Shown: positions 30,800-41,136, counted from the stretch's first letter. The stretch is 64,000 nucleotides of DNA from an uncultured bacterium (GCA_938028835.1 CALIMJ010000013.1:128320-192319); one strand, 5' to 3'. Program-made: numbers and translations. Notes: generated by a model from the sequence alone, not told the origin.

Positions 30800-31924
30800 A
30801 TGCGGGAGCTGTTGGACATTCTGGCGGGTCTGCGGGATGGGCGCGCCCGTGACGAGGAGGCGGCGCTCGCCACGGTGGTGGGAGTGCGGGGCTCCACCTA
30901 CCGGCGTGAGGGGGCGCGTCTGCTGATCCTGGCGTCCGGCCGCACCGTGGGGTCGGTGTCGGGCGGCTGTCTGGAGGGTGACATCCAGGTGGTGGCCGAG
31001 GAGGTGTTGCGGGACGGGCGGGCCCGGCTGCTGCACTACGACCTCACCGCGGACGACGAGGCGGTGTGGGGTCTTGGGCTCGGGTGCAACGGCGTGATCG
31101 ACGTACTCCTGGAGAAAGTGGGGGTTGCGGAGCCGTCGCCCGAGCGTTACCTGGCGCGGGCGGTGGAGGAAGAGGTGCCGTTGGCGGTGGTCACCGTGGT
31201 GGGGCCTGAGGCGGCAGATCTGCTGGGCCGGCGGCTGGTGGTGGAGGAGTCCGGACGGGTGACCGGGAGCCTGGGGCGGGCCGACCTGGACGCGGCCGGC
31301 CTGGAGCTCGGCCGGCAGGCCCTGTCCTCCGAGCGTCCCTGTCGTGCGGCCGCGGACGGCTATGAACTGTTCGCGGAGCCCATCCTACCTCCCCCCCGGC
31401 TGGTGGTGTGCGGCGCCGGGCACGATGCCATCCCCGTGGTGCACTTCGCTGCAGAGTTGGGCTTCCGTCCGGTGGTGGTGGACCGGCGGGAGAAGTTCCT
31501 CACCCGGGAGCGGTTCCCGCAGGCGCACGGATTCTTGCACACCGAATTCCCCCGCGCCGCAGAGGCGGTCCGGCCGGACGGCCGTACGTTCGTGGTGATC
31601 ATGACCCACAACTACCTGCACGACCGGGACCTCCTGCGGTCCTTCCTCACGTACCAGCCCTTCCCCGCCTACCTGGGCGTCCTGGGCCCACGCCAGCGCA
31701 CGCAGAAGATCCTGCAGGAACTGGCAGGTTCCGGGGTGGTGCCGTCGGCGGACCAGCGGCAGCGGCTGTTCACCCCCGTGGGCCTGGACATCGGCGCGGA
31801 AGGACCTGAGCAGATCGCGCTCGCCATCCTGGCGGAGATCCTGGCGGCACGGAACGGGCGCGCGGGGGGGTTCCTGCGGGACCGCCGCGCCAGGATCCAC
31901 GAGCCGGTGGCCGCCTCCGGGTGA
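30800..31924 (+). CDS. XdhC/CoxI(F)-family molybdo-enzyme maturation factor
   Basis: An XdhC N-terminal domain plus a Rossmann-like domain (VVCGAGHDAIPVVHFAAELGF). Confidence 0.8.
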   Translation: MRELLDILAGLRDGRARDEEAALATVVGVRGSTYRREGARLLILASGRTVGSVSGGCLEGDIQVVAEEVLRDGRARLLHYDLTADDEAVWGLGLGCNGVIDVLLEKVGVAEPSPERYLARAVEEEVPLAVVTVVGPEAADLLGRRLVVEESGRVTGSLGRADLDAAGLELGRQALSSERPCRAAADGYELFAEPILPPPRLVVCGAGHDAIPVVHFAAELGFRPVVVDRREKFLTRERFPQAHGFLHTEFPRAAEAVRPDGRTFVVIMTHNYLHDRDLLRSFLTYQPFPAYLGVLGPRQRTQKILQELAGSGVVPSADQRQRLFTPVGLDIGAEGPEQIALAILAEILAARNGRAGGFLRDRRARIHEPVAASG

Positions 31925-32508
31925 GGCTCCCGGGCGACCCACAGCCCGACCCCGCGGTGGCCGGAGTGGTGCTGGCGGCGGGTGTCAGCCGGCGCATGGG
32001 CCAGCCCAAGTTGCTTCTCCGGTGGGGAGGAGTGAGTCTCCTGCGCCGGGCCGCGGAGGCCGCGGTGGCGGCCTGCTGCCGGGTGGTGGTAGTGGTGGGG
32101 CCGGACCCGGACCGCATGCGGGCGGAGCTCCGGAGTCTGCCCGTGGAGGTGGTCACAAACCCGGGCTACGCGGAAGGCATCTCCAGCTCTCTCCGTTGCG
32201 GCCTCCGGGCGGTGCTGGACGCTCCTGCGATCCTCGTGGCCCTCGCAGACCAACCCGCGGTGACTGCCAAACACCTGTCCGCGCTCGTCCAGGCGTACCG
32301 GAGCACCGGCGCACCCGTGGTGGCCGCGTCCTACGCGGGGACGGTGGGAGTGCCTGCGGTGTTCAGCCGCGAGCTGTTCCCCGAGCTGCTGTCGCTCACA
32401 GGCGACGTGGGCGCCAAGGGGGTGATCGACCGGCACCGACACGAGGCGGTCCTCGTTCCGGTGCCGGAGGCGGCGGTAGACGTGGACACCCCCGAGGACT
32501 GGGTCTAG
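31921..32508 (+). CDS. mocA: Molybdenum cofactor cytidylyltransferase (MobA-like NTP transferase)
   Basis: VLAAGVSRRMGQPKLLL nucleotidyltransferase motif; GTG overlaps the xdhC stop. Confidence 0.75.
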   Translation: MRLPGDPQPDPAVAGVVLAAGVSRRMGQPKLLLRWGGVSLLRRAAEAAVAACCRVVVVVGPDPDRMRAELRSLPVEVVTNPGYAEGISSSLRCGLRAVLDAPAILVALADQPAVTAKHLSALVQAYRSTGAPVVAASYAGTVGVPAVFSRELFPELLSLTGDVGAKGVIDRHRHEAVLVPVPEAAVDVDTPEDWV

Positions 32509-32598
32509 CTCACGGGGCCGCCGGACAGCACCCGCTGATGGAGGTCGTCAGCTCCGGTGTTACACCACCCACGGTGCGTACCCCGAAGGCAGGGGCGT

Positions 32599-33015
32599 TC
32601 AGCGCCACCACCGGGGGCCGAACCCCGGCCGCACGAAGCAGCGCATCAGGATCTCGCGCCGGTCCGCCGGCAGGGCCTCCCGCAGGTCCCAGAGGAACGC
32701 CGCCCGAGCCCGCGCCAGGGCCGCGAGCGCCTCGCCCAGCCGACCGGCCTGCGCGTCCACCTGAGCGCGGGTGGCCTGGGCGGACGTGAGGAGGCGGCGC
32801 AACGCGTACCGCTCGTCCTCCACGCGGTTGCGGGCGTTCCGTAGGGCGCTGCGGTGGCGGTCGTACACCGCCTCGAACTGCGTCCGCACCGCGGGGTCCC
32901 AGCAGGCCCCGCGCTCCGGCAGAGCCGGGGCGGCCTGCACCGACGCGGGGAGGACCCCCGCCAGGGCGCCCACCAGCGCCGCGGCGGACAGGAACACGGC
33001 GAGCCTCTGCCTCAC
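32599..33015 (-). CDS. Hypothetical periplasmic protein with LTxxQ-like motif (Spy/CpxP-like)
   Basis: Signal peptide (MRQRLAVFLSAAALVGALAGVLPASVQA); helical mature region containing LTSAQ. Confidence 0.35.
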   Translation of the reverse strand: MRQRLAVFLSAAALVGALAGVLPASVQAAPALPERGACWDPAVRTQFEAVYDRHRSALRNARNRVEDERYALRRLLTSAQATRAQVDAQAGRLGEALAALARARAAFLWDLREALPADRREILMRCFVRPGFGPRWWR

Positions 33016-33160
33016 CGTCCCACCTCCTGTAGCGTTTGGCTTGCTTCCGCAAGGGATGGACGGCCGAGGCGGGGCGGGGGTTGATCGGCGCTCGCAGACC
33101 GACCCCGCCCGGTTCCGGGGCGCGCTATGCTGAGGACGAAGCTACGGAGGAGGAACCGAT

Positions 33161-34423
33161 TTGGCCCAGCCGGCGATCACCGTTTCCGACCCCTGGGAGA
33201 TGGCCTTGGAGCAGTTCCACCGGGCAGCACGCCACGTGCCGCTCAAGAAGGGCATCCGCGAGTTCCTCGCGTACCCCAAGCGGGAGCTCACCGTGAACTT
33301 CCCGGTGAAGATGGACGACGGCTCGGTCCGGATCTTCACCGGCTACCGGGTGCACCACAGCACCGTGCTGGGGCCCACCAAGGGCGGCATCCGGTACCAC
33401 CCGGACGTTACCCTGAACGAGGTGCGGGCCCTGGCCATGTGGATGACGTGGAAGTGCGCCATCGCGGGCCTGCCCTACGGAGGTGCCAAGGGCGGCGTGG
33501 TGTGCGACCCCAAGCAGCTGTCTGCGGGTGAGCTGGAGCGGCTCACGCGGCGCTACGCCACGGAGATCAGTGTGTTCATGGGGCCCGAGAGCGACATCCC
33601 CGCCCCCGATGTGGGCACCAACCCGCAGGTGATGGCGTGGATCATGGACACCTACAGCATGCACCGGGGGTACTCGGTGCCCGCGGTGGTGACGGGCAAG
33701 CCGGTGTCCGTGGGAGGCTCCGTGGGGCGGGAAGAGGCGACGGGTCTGGGCTGTGCCCTGGTGGCGCGGGAGGCGGCGCGAGCCGTGGGCCTCCCCCTGG
33801 AGGGTGCGCGGGTGGCCGTCCAGGGGTTCGGGAACGTGGGGTCCGTGGCGGCCCTCACCCTGCAGCGTATGGGCGCGGTGGTGGTGGCCGTCAGCGACTC
33901 CCGGGGAGGGGTGTACCACCCTCGGGGTTTGGACCCCGAGGCCCTGTTGCGGCACAAACGGGCCGCGGGGACTGTGGCGGACTTCCCGGACGCAACCCAC
34001 GTGTCCAGCACGGACATTCTGGAGGTGCCGTGCGACATCCTGGTCCCTGCCGCCCTGGAGGGGCAGATCACCGTGGAGAACGCGGACCGGGTCCGGGCGA
34101 GGCTGGTCATCGAGGGGGCGAACGGTCCCACCACCCCGGAGGCGGATGACCGCCTCCGGCAGCGCGGGGTTCTGGTGGTGCCGGACGTCGTGGCGAACTC
34201 GGGCGGGGTCATCGTGTCGTACTTCGAGTGGGTGCAGGATCTCCAGGCCTTCTTCTGGACGGAGGAGGAGGTACGTCAGCGGTTGGAACGGCTGCTGGTC
34301 CGCAGCTTCCGGGACGTGTGGCGCACCGCCCAGGAACGGGGAGTGGACCTGCGCACCGCGGCCCTGGTGCGGGCCATCGAGCGGGTGGCGGACGCTCTGT
34401 ACACCCGCGGGATCTACCCGTGA
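33161..34423 (+). CDS. gdhA: Glutamate dehydrogenase (Glu/Leu/Phe/Val dehydrogenase family)
   Basis: TTG start after the SD GGAGGAGG; catalytic region ([18 protein letters not shown]); 420 aa. Confidence 0.9.
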   Translation: MAQPAITVSDPWEMALEQFHRAARHVPLKKGIREFLAYPKRELTVNFPVKMDDGSVRIFTGYRVHHSTVLGPTKGGIRYHPDVTLNEVRALAMWMTWKCAIAGLPYGGAKGGVVCDPKQLSAGELERLTRRYATEISVFMGPESDIPAPDVGTNPQVMAWIMDTYSMHRGYSVPAVVTGKPVSVGGSVGREEATGLGCALVAREAARAVGLPLEGARVAVQGFGNVGSVAALTLQRMGAVVVAVSDSRGGVYHPRGLDPEALLRHKRAAGTVADFPDATHVSSTDILEVPCDILVPAALEGQITVENADRVRARLVIEGANGPTTPEADDRLRQRGVLVVPDVVANSGGVIVSYFEWVQDLQAFFWTEEEVRQRLERLLVRSFRDVWRTAQERGVDLRTAALVRAIERVADALYTRGIYP

Positions 34424-34500
34424 GGAGGGCGTGGGGGCGCGGAAGGAACCGCTCGGCCGCCCCGCGAACACAGCCCGCAGAACCGAAAAGGGGGTCGAGC

Positions 34501-35760
34501 ATGCGGACGGTGTGGCTCGTCGCGGTCGTGATTGGTCCGCTCTTCGGGGCCTCCTGGAGTGCCGCGGGCCCGGCCACCTGCCCTCTCGGCGTGGCCGCCA
34601 TCAAGCTCGGCGTGCAGGGGGTGGCGTCCGGTCCCCACGCGGACTACGGGCGCCAGATCGAGATGGGCGCCCAGCTGGCGGTGGAGGAGATCAACGCCGC
34701 GGGGGGAGTTCTGGGCTGCCGGCTGGAGATGCGGTTCATGGACGACGAGAACCGGCCCGCGGTGGGGGTGCGGAACGCCCGGTTTTTGGTCACGGAGTGG
34801 GGCGCACACTTCCTCTACGGCACCGACAGCAGCGGGGTGGCCATGGCGCTCGGCCCGGTGCTGCGGGAGCTCGACCGGATCCAGTTCTTCACCCACGCGG
34901 CCACCCACCGCCTGACGGAGGAGCTGGTGGCCCAGCAGAAGATCAAGCAGATCGTGAGAGTGAGCGCGCCCGTGTACCAGGACGCGGTGGCCGCGTGGCT
35001 GTTCCGGGACCGGCGGGACGTCCGCCGGTGGGCCACCATCGGGGCCGACTACGAGTACGGCTACGCCACCTGGGCCATCTTCCGGGAACAGATGCGGCGG
35101 CTGCGGCCCGATGTGGAGTTCGTGGGCGCCGCGTGGGCGCCGTTCCTCACCACGGACTTCTCGCCCCACATCGCAGCGGTGATGGCCACGAACCCGGACG
35201 GCATCCTCGCCACGCCGTGGGCGGGTGAGGCGGTGACGCTGCTGCGGCAGGCGTTGCTGCAGGGAGTGTTCGACCGGATCAAGGTGTGGTTCCAGGCCAT
35301 GGGCGGCTCGGTGGACGTGCTGGAGGGGATCTCCCAGGAGGTCCGGGAGGGCCGGTTCCAGGGCAAGCTGTACGCCACCTCCCGGTACGTCCACAACTGG
35401 CCCAACACGGAGACCAACCGGTCGTTCGTGAGCCGCTTCGCCAAGCGGTGGAACCGCATGCCCAACTACTCCGCGGAGACCACGTACTCCGCCGTGTACA
35501 TCACGAAGGCGGCGGTGGAGAGGGCCCGCAGCCTGCAGACAGACCGGGTGATCGCGGCCCTGCAAGGGATGCGGATCGAGACCCCCGCGGGCCTGCGGGT
35601 GTTCCGGTCGGAGGATCACCAGTTCGTCTACGCAGTGCCTGCAGGGAAGGTGGTGTGGGACCCGCGCTACCCCATCCCGGTGTTGGGGGAGCTGAAGGTG
35701 TTCGACCCCAAGGACTACTGGCGGTGGCCGCCGTTCCGGCCCCTGGAGCTGACCAAGTAG
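34501..35760 (+). CDS. Liv-type (HAAT) ABC substrate-binding protein
   Basis: ATG after the SD AAAAGGGGG; signal peptide (MRTVWLVAVVIGPLFGASWSAAG); Peripla_BP_6-like. Confidence 0.8.
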   Translation: MRTVWLVAVVIGPLFGASWSAAGPATCPLGVAAIKLGVQGVASGPHADYGRQIEMGAQLAVEEINAAGGVLGCRLEMRFMDDENRPAVGVRNARFLVTEWGAHFLYGTDSSGVAMALGPVLRELDRIQFFTHAATHRLTEELVAQQKIKQIVRVSAPVYQDAVAAWLFRDRRDVRRWATIGADYEYGYATWAIFREQMRRLRPDVEFVGAAWAPFLTTDFSPHIAAVMATNPDGILATPWAGEAVTLLRQALLQGVFDRIKVWFQAMGGSVDVLEGISQEVREGRFQGKLYATSRYVHNWPNTETNRSFVSRFAKRWNRMPNYSAETTYSAVYITKAAVERARSLQTDRVIAALQGMRIETPAGLRVFRSEDHQFVYAVPAGKVVWDPRYPIPVLGELKVFDPKDYWRWPPFRPLELTK

Positions 35761-35779
35761 CCGCCGCCCCAGGTGGGGC

Positions 35780-36637
35780 ATGGAGGTCTTCGCCTACCAG
35801 GGCCTGATCGGGCTGAGCTCCGCCATGTACCTGTGGCTGATCTCGGCCGGCCTCACCATCATCTTCGGGGTTCTGGGCGTGTTGAACTTCGCCCACGGCA
35901 GCCTGTTCATGCTGGGCGCCTACCTTGGCTACACCCTGTACGGCCTCGTGGGGGTGCCCTTCGGGCTGGCGGTGCTGGGCAGCATGGCCACGGTGGCGGT
36001 GGTGGGGGCCGGGGTGGAGCGGGGCTTGCTACGGCCCCTGTACGGACTGGACCCCAGCTACCAGCTGCTTCTGACCTTCGGGTTGGTGCTGTTCGTGGAC
36101 GACCTCGCGAAGCTGATCTGGGGTGGGGTGTTCCGCATCCCGCCCATCCCTGAGTGGCTGCAGGGGAGCGTGACCCTGTTCAGCCGGCCGTACCCGATTT
36201 ACAACCTCTTCCTGATCGCGGTGGGGTTGTCGGTGGGCGTGGGGCTTTGGTGGCTGTTTGACCGTACCTGGTGGGGGCGGGCAGTTCGGGCTACCGCCTC
36301 CGACCGGGAGATGGCCGCGGCCCTGGGGATCCGAACCCCCACCGTGTTCTCCTCGGTCTTCATGCTGGGCTCGGCCCTCGCGGCCCTGGGTGGGGCCCTC
36401 TCCACCCCGGTGCGGCCCGTGGCTCCGGGGATCGGCGCCGCTATGATCGTGCAGGCCTTCATCATCACCGTGATCGGCGGACTGGGCAACCTGCGGGGCG
36501 CGTTTGCGGGCTCCCTGTTGGTCGGGGTGCTGTCCAGCTATGGCACCCTGTGGTTCCCGGAATTCGAGTTGTTCTTCATCTTCGCCATCATGGCCGCCGT
36601 CCTGTTGGTGCGGCCTCAGGGGCTGTTCGCCCGATGA
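35780..36637 (+). CDS. HAAT-family ABC permease (LivH-like)
   Basis: 285 aa, TM-rich. Confidence 0.85.
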   Translation: MEVFAYQGLIGLSSAMYLWLISAGLTIIFGVLGVLNFAHGSLFMLGAYLGYTLYGLVGVPFGLAVLGSMATVAVVGAGVERGLLRPLYGLDPSYQLLLTFGLVLFVDDLAKLIWGGVFRIPPIPEWLQGSVTLFSRPYPIYNLFLIAVGLSVGVGLWWLFDRTWWGRAVRATASDREMAAALGIRTPTVFSSVFMLGSALAALGGALSTPVRPVAPGIGAAMIVQAFIITVIGGLGNLRGAFAGSLLVGVLSSYGTLWFPEFELFFIFAIMAAVLLVRPQGLFAR

Positions 36638-37620
36638 ACGACCTCGCCCGACGCTGGGCCACCGCAGGCCTCCTGCTGGCACTGGTGTTGCTCCCCACGG
36701 TGGCGAGCCGGTACGTGACCTACCTGGTCATCCACATCCTGCTGCTGGCGTTGAACGCGGTGGGGTTCAACCTGCTGTTCGGGCAGACGGGGCTCCTTTC
36801 CTTCGGGCAGGCGGGGTTCTACGCCGTGGGCGCGTACACCTGCGCCCGGATTCTCCTTGCCTGGCCCTCCCTGCTGCCCGGTGTTCTGGGCGGGACGGTG
36901 GCCGCCGCACTGGCGGCGTTGCTCCTGGGGTTCCTGTCGGTCCGCCACACCCGCATTTATTTCGCCATGCTGACCCTGGCGTTTGGGATGATGATCTTCT
37001 CGCTGGCGTGGAAGTGGCGGGCGGTCACGGGCGGGGACGACGGCCTGGTGGGGATCCCCCGGGCGCCCCTGCAGCTGTTCGGGCTGGTGGTGGCCCTGCC
37101 CACTGTGGAACGCTACTACTACGTCGTCCTGGTGGCCGCGGTGCTGGCGGTCGCGCTGATGCACCGGGTGGTGCATTCCCCCCTGGGGCTGGCCCTGCGG
37201 GCGGTGCGGGACAGCGAGGTCCGGGCCGAGCACGTGGGGCTCAACGTCCGCCGGTTGCGCCTCGTGGCCTTCACGGTAGCTGGCGCGTACGCGGGCCTGG
37301 CGGGATCCCTGCTGCCGCCTCTGGAGAACACCGTCACCCCGCCCATCGCCCACTGGACCGCCTCCGCGGAGCCCGTGCTGGCCACGCTGCTGGGCGGAAT
37401 CCGGCACTTCGCGGGGCCCCTGGTGGGTGCCTTCGTCCTGGTGGTGGCCAAGGACGTCATCGTGCGGTTCACCGTGCACTGGTCGTTGGTGCTGGGCGCG
37501 GTAGTGGTGGCCCTCGTGCTGGGCTTCCGGGGAGGGCTGGCGGGGGCACTGGAGGCCCTCACCCTCCGCGGAGCGCGGGTGCGTCCGGTTTCCGCCGCCG
37601 CGGGGGAGGAGGGGCGGTGA
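36634..37620 (+). CDS. HAAT-family ABC permease (LivM-like)
   Basis: ATG overlaps the previous stop; 328 aa, TM-rich. Confidence 0.85.
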   Translation: MNDLARRWATAGLLLALVLLPTVASRYVTYLVIHILLLALNAVGFNLLFGQTGLLSFGQAGFYAVGAYTCARILLAWPSLLPGVLGGTVAAALAALLLGFLSVRHTRIYFAMLTLAFGMMIFSLAWKWRAVTGGDDGLVGIPRAPLQLFGLVVALPTVERYYYVVLVAAVLAVALMHRVVHSPLGLALRAVRDSEVRAEHVGLNVRRLRLVAFTVAGAYAGLAGSLLPPLENTVTPPIAHWTASAEPVLATLLGGIRHFAGPLVGAFVLVVAKDVIVRFTVHWSLVLGAVVVALVLGFRGGLAGALEALTLRGARVRPVSAAAGEEGR

Positions 37621-38381
37621 CGGTGCTTCTGGTGGCGCGGGGACTGCGAAAGCGCTTCGGAGACCTAGCCGCAGTGGACGGGCTGGACCTGCAGGTGGAG
37701 GAGGGGGAGTGCGTGGCCCTCATCGGGCCCAATGGCGCGGGCAAGACCACCGCCCTGAACCTCCTCAGCGGGCACCTGCTGCCGGACGAGGGCCACATCA
37801 CCTTCCGGGGCGAGGACATCACGCGGCTTCCGCCGCACGCGCGGGTGCATCGCGGTCTGGCCCGGTCGTTCCAGGTCATGACGGTGTTCCCGGAGCTGAG
37901 CGCCCGCGAGAACCTCCTCGTCCCCATCCTGGCGCGCGAGGGGGCCACACGCGACGCCCTGCGGCCGGTGCGGGTCTACCGGGAGGCCGAGGAGGAGGCG
38001 GACTCCCTGCTGGAGGACCTGGGGCTTCGGGAGGCGGCGGAGGTGCCTGCGGGCTCCCTGCCCCACGGCGACCAGCGGCGGCTGGAGCTGGGGATCGCAG
38101 TGGCCAGCCGGCCTCGCCTGTGCTTGCTGGACGAGCCGTCCTCGGGCCTCAACCCCCTGGAGCGGGCCGGGCTCCTGCAGCTCGTGCGGCGCCTGGCGGG
38201 CCAGAGGGGCGTCACGTTCGTGGTGGTGGAGCACGACATGGACGTGGTGTTCGGGCTGGCAAACCGGGTGGTGGTGATGAACCGGGGACGGGTGCTGGCG
38301 GAGGGCGCCCCCGAGGACATCCGGAACAACCCCGAAGTGCGGGAGACCTACCTGGGGGAGGAGGAGGAAGGCTCTTGCTGA
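37617..38381 (+). CDS. HAAT-family ABC ATPase (LivG-like)
   Basis: GTG 37617; Walker A (GPNGAGKTT), signature (LPHGDQRRL), Walker B (LLDEPSSG). Confidence 0.9.
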   Translation: MTVLLVARGLRKRFGDLAAVDGLDLQVEEGECVALIGPNGAGKTTALNLLSGHLLPDEGHITFRGEDITRLPPHARVHRGLARSFQVMTVFPELSARENLLVPILAREGATRDALRPVRVYREAEEEADSLLEDLGLREAAEVPAGSLPHGDQRRLELGIAVASRPRLCLLDEPSSGLNPLERAGLLQLVRRLAGQRGVTFVVVEHDMDVVFGLANRVVVMNRGRVLAEGAPEDIRNNPEVRETYLGEEEEGSC

Positions 38382-39073
38382 CGGTGGAGGGGCTGGTGGC
38401 CGGCTACGGAGGCTCCGTGGTCCTCCACGGGGTAGGGTTTTCCGTCCAGCGGGGCGAGGTGGTGGCGCTGTTAGGTCGCAACGGGGCGGGCAAAACCACC
38501 ACCCTGCGGGCGGTGGTAGGCCTGGTCCACGTTCACCGGGGGAGCGTGCGGTTCCGCGACGTCGAGCTGGTTGGTCGGCCGCCCTTCGAGGTAGCGCGGC
38601 GGGGGATCGCCTATGTGCCCGATGACCGGCGCATCTTCCCGGACCTCACGGTCGAGGAGAACCTCCAGCTGGCCCGGTACGCGTCCGGCCGGGAGGGGCC
38701 TTGGGACCTGGAGCGGGTGTACGGGCTGTTCCCCGCGCTGCGGGAGCTCCGTCACCTGCGCGGCACGCAGCTTTCGGGCGGCCAGCAGAAGATGCTGGCT
38801 TTGGGCCGTGCCCTGATGAGCAACCCGGAACTGTTGCTGCTGGACGAGCCGGTGGAGGGGCTGGCGCCCTTGGTGGTCCGGCAGCTGGAGCAGACCCTGC
38901 GGGAGATCCGGCAAGCCGGGGTCACCATCCTGCTGGCGGACCAGAACCTGCGGTTCTGCAGGCGGATCGCGGATCGCGGCTACGTGTTGGACAAGGGGAC
39001 GGTGCGCCTAGGCGGGACGTTGCAGGCCATCACCTCGGACGAGCAAACGGTGCGTCAGTACCTGGCCGTGTGA
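38375..39073 (+). CDS. HAAT-family ABC ATPase (LivF-like)
   Basis: TTG or GTG start near 38375-38384; Walker A (GRNGAGKTT), signature (LSGGQQKML). Confidence 0.85.
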   Translation: MLTVEGLVAGYGGSVVLHGVGFSVQRGEVVALLGRNGAGKTTTLRAVVGLVHVHRGSVRFRDVELVGRPPFEVARRGIAYVPDDRRIFPDLTVEENLQLARYASGREGPWDLERVYGLFPALRELRHLRGTQLSGGQQKMLALGRALMSNPELLLLDEPVEGLAPLVVRQLEQTLREIRQAGVTILLADQNLRFCRRIADRGYVLDKGTVRLGGTLQAITSDEQTVRQYLAV

Positions 39074-39086
39074 GGGGGTGAGACCC

Positions 39087-40658
39087 GTGCGCGCACCGCT
39101 TTCGCCGCTGCAGTTCGTACGCCGGGCGGTGGGCGTCTACGCAGACCGCATGGCGGTGGTGGACGGGCCGGCGCGGTTCACCTACGCGCAGTTCGGGCAG
39201 CGGTGCGGCCGGCTGGCGCTGGCCCTGCGGGAGCTGGGGATGGCGCGCGGGGACCGGGTGGCGATCCTCTCGCCCAACACGTGGCGGGCGCTGGAGGTGT
39301 ACACCGCAGCCCCGTTGGCGGGTTGTGTCCTCGTACCCCTCAACACCCGGCTGCGCGAGGCGGACTACGAGTACATCCTGCGTCACTCGGGGACGCGCCT
39401 GCTCCTGGTGGACCCGGGCTTCGCGGAGATGGCCCGCGCCCTGGCCAGCCGGGTAGAAGGGCTGCGGGTGGTGGAGCTGGCGGAGGAAGGTTCGGAGGCC
39501 CTGGCGGAGCGGATCCCGTCCGCCGCGGCCGCACGGATCTGGGAGGAGGTGGACGGCCTGGAGGAGGGGTCCGCCATCACCCTGAACTACACCAGCGGGA
39601 CCACCGCGCACCCGAAGGGGGTCGTTCTCACCCACCGCAACACTGCCCTGAACGTGCTGAACCTGGTGGTGCACGGTCGGCTGCGGCTGGACGACGTCTA
39701 CCTCCACGTGCTCCCCATGTTCCACGTGAACGGCTGGGGTGCGGTGTGGGCGGTGAGTGCCGTGGGCGCGCGGCACGTGTGCTTGGTGAAGGTGGACCCC
39801 CCGGAGGTATTCCGCCTCATCGACCAGGAGGCTGTCACCGTGGCGTTCTCGGCGCCTACCGTGCTGGTGATGCTGCTGAACGACCCCGCGGCGCAGGGCT
39901 GGAGGCCGCGTCAGGCGCTGCGCTGGTACGTGGGGGGTGCACCGCCGCCGGCGGCGCTCATCGCCCGGGCGGAGGACGAGCTGGGGATTGAAGTGGTGCA
40001 CGTGTACGGGCTCACCGAGACGGGCCCCTGGCTGACGGTGTGCGAGTGGCGCCGCGAATGGGACGCCCTACCTCTGGAGGAGCGGGCGGCCCGCAAGGCC
40101 CGGCAGGGCGTCGGGCAGCTCCTGTGCGGGGAGGTGGCGGTGGTCCGGGAGGACCTCTCCCCCGTGGCGCGGGACGGCCGCGAGGTGGGCGAGATCGTGG
40201 TGCGCGGCCCCACGGTTATGGACGGCTACTACCGGGACCCGGAGGCCACCGCGGAGGCGCTGGCGGGCGGGTGGTTCCACACCGGGGACCTGGCGGTGGT
40301 GCACCCGGACGGCTACCTGCAGATCGTCGACCGGAAGAAGGACATCATCATCAGCGGCGGCGAGAATGTCTCCTCGGTGGAGGTGGAAGCGGTGCTGTAC
40401 CGCCACCCGGCGGTGATGGAGGCCGCGGTGGTGGGCACGCCGGACCCCAAGTGGGGCGAGGTGCCGAAGGCGTACGTGGTGCTGCGGCCCGGTGCTCAGG
40501 CCACCGCGGAGGAGCTCATCGCCTTCTGCCGCGAGCACCTGGCGCACTTCAAGGCCCCGAAGGCGGTCGAGTTCCTGCCGGAGCTGCCGAAGACCGCAAC
40601 CGGGAAGATCCAGAAGTTCCTGCTACGGTCTGCAACGCGCGCCGCTGGCTCGGGGTAG
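39087..40658 (+). CDS. AMP-dependent acyl-CoA synthetase/ligase
   Basis: AMP-binding motif (LNYTSGTTAHPKGV); hinge (YGLTET); C-terminus (PKTATGKIQK). Confidence 0.9.
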   Translation: MRAPLSPLQFVRRAVGVYADRMAVVDGPARFTYAQFGQRCGRLALALRELGMARGDRVAILSPNTWRALEVYTAAPLAGCVLVPLNTRLREADYEYILRHSGTRLLLVDPGFAEMARALASRVEGLRVVELAEEGSEALAERIPSAAAARIWEEVDGLEEGSAITLNYTSGTTAHPKGVVLTHRNTALNVLNLVVHGRLRLDDVYLHVLPMFHVNGWGAVWAVSAVGARHVCLVKVDPPEVFRLIDQEAVTVAFSAPTVLVMLLNDPAAQGWRPRQALRWYVGGAPPPAALIARAEDELGIEVVHVYGLTETGPWLTVCEWRREWDALPLEERAARKARQGVGQLLCGEVAVVREDLSPVARDGREVGEIVVRGPTVMDGYYRDPEATAEALAGGWFHTGDLAVVHPDGYLQIVDRKKDIIISGGENVSSVEVEAVLYRHPAVMEAAVVGTPDPKWGEVPKAYVVLRPGAQATAEELIAFCREHLAHFKAPKAVEFLPELPKTATGKIQKFLLRSATRAAGSG

Positions 40659-40694
40659 GGAAGCCTGGGGTTCGGGGGCCTTCTGCGCGCGGGC

Positions 40695-41129
40695 CTACGC
40701 GTCCTCCAGCCGGTAGTAGATGGTGTCGAACAGGTGCGGGGCTTCCACGAAGATGCCGTAGGCCGTGGCGGCGGCGGTGCCGTCGGGAAAGGAAAGCCGC
40801 CCCAGGGCGCGGACGGCCCGGCCTGTAACGTCCCCGACCCGCGCTTCCACATAGACCGTGCGGTTCAGGGGGATGGGACGGAGATAGTCCACCTCGACGC
40901 GCAGGGCGGCCGCGCGGTAGCCCGCGCGCCACACGGCGGCGCCCATGGCCTCGTCCAGCACCGCGGCGATCATCCCGCCGTGGGCGTGGCCGGGAGGCCC
41001 CTGCTGCGCCTTTCGGAAGGTTACCTCCCCCACGACCACCCCGTCGTCCCGCTGGTAGAACACCACCCCCAGGCTGCCAGGGGATGTCCCGCAGACCGGG
41101 CACGGTCCGTGTTGGGCGAGCCGCCTCAC
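40695..41129 (-). CDS. Hot-dog fold thioesterase (PaaI/4HBT family)
   Basis: HGGMIAAVLDEAMGAA motif; 144 aa; GTG start 5 nt after an SD that overlaps the S8 stop. Confidence 0.8.
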   Translation of the reverse strand: MRRLAQHGPCPVCGTSPGSLGVVFYQRDDGVVVGEVTFRKAQQGPPGHAHGGMIAAVLDEAMGAAVWRAGYRAAALRVEVDYLRPIPLNRTVYVEARVGDVTGRAVRALGRLSFPDGTAAATAYGIFVEAPHLFDTIYYRLEDA

Positions 41130-41136
41130 GACGCCC

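Noticed and set aside
40695-41129. Possibility that the small gene after the CHAT/S8 proteases is a bacterial gasdermin or other pore-forming effector
   Set aside because: It is only 144 aa and carries the diagnostic PaaI/4HBT hot-dog motif HGGMIAAVLDEAMG. It is not gasdermin-like (those are ~250 aa, with no such motif).
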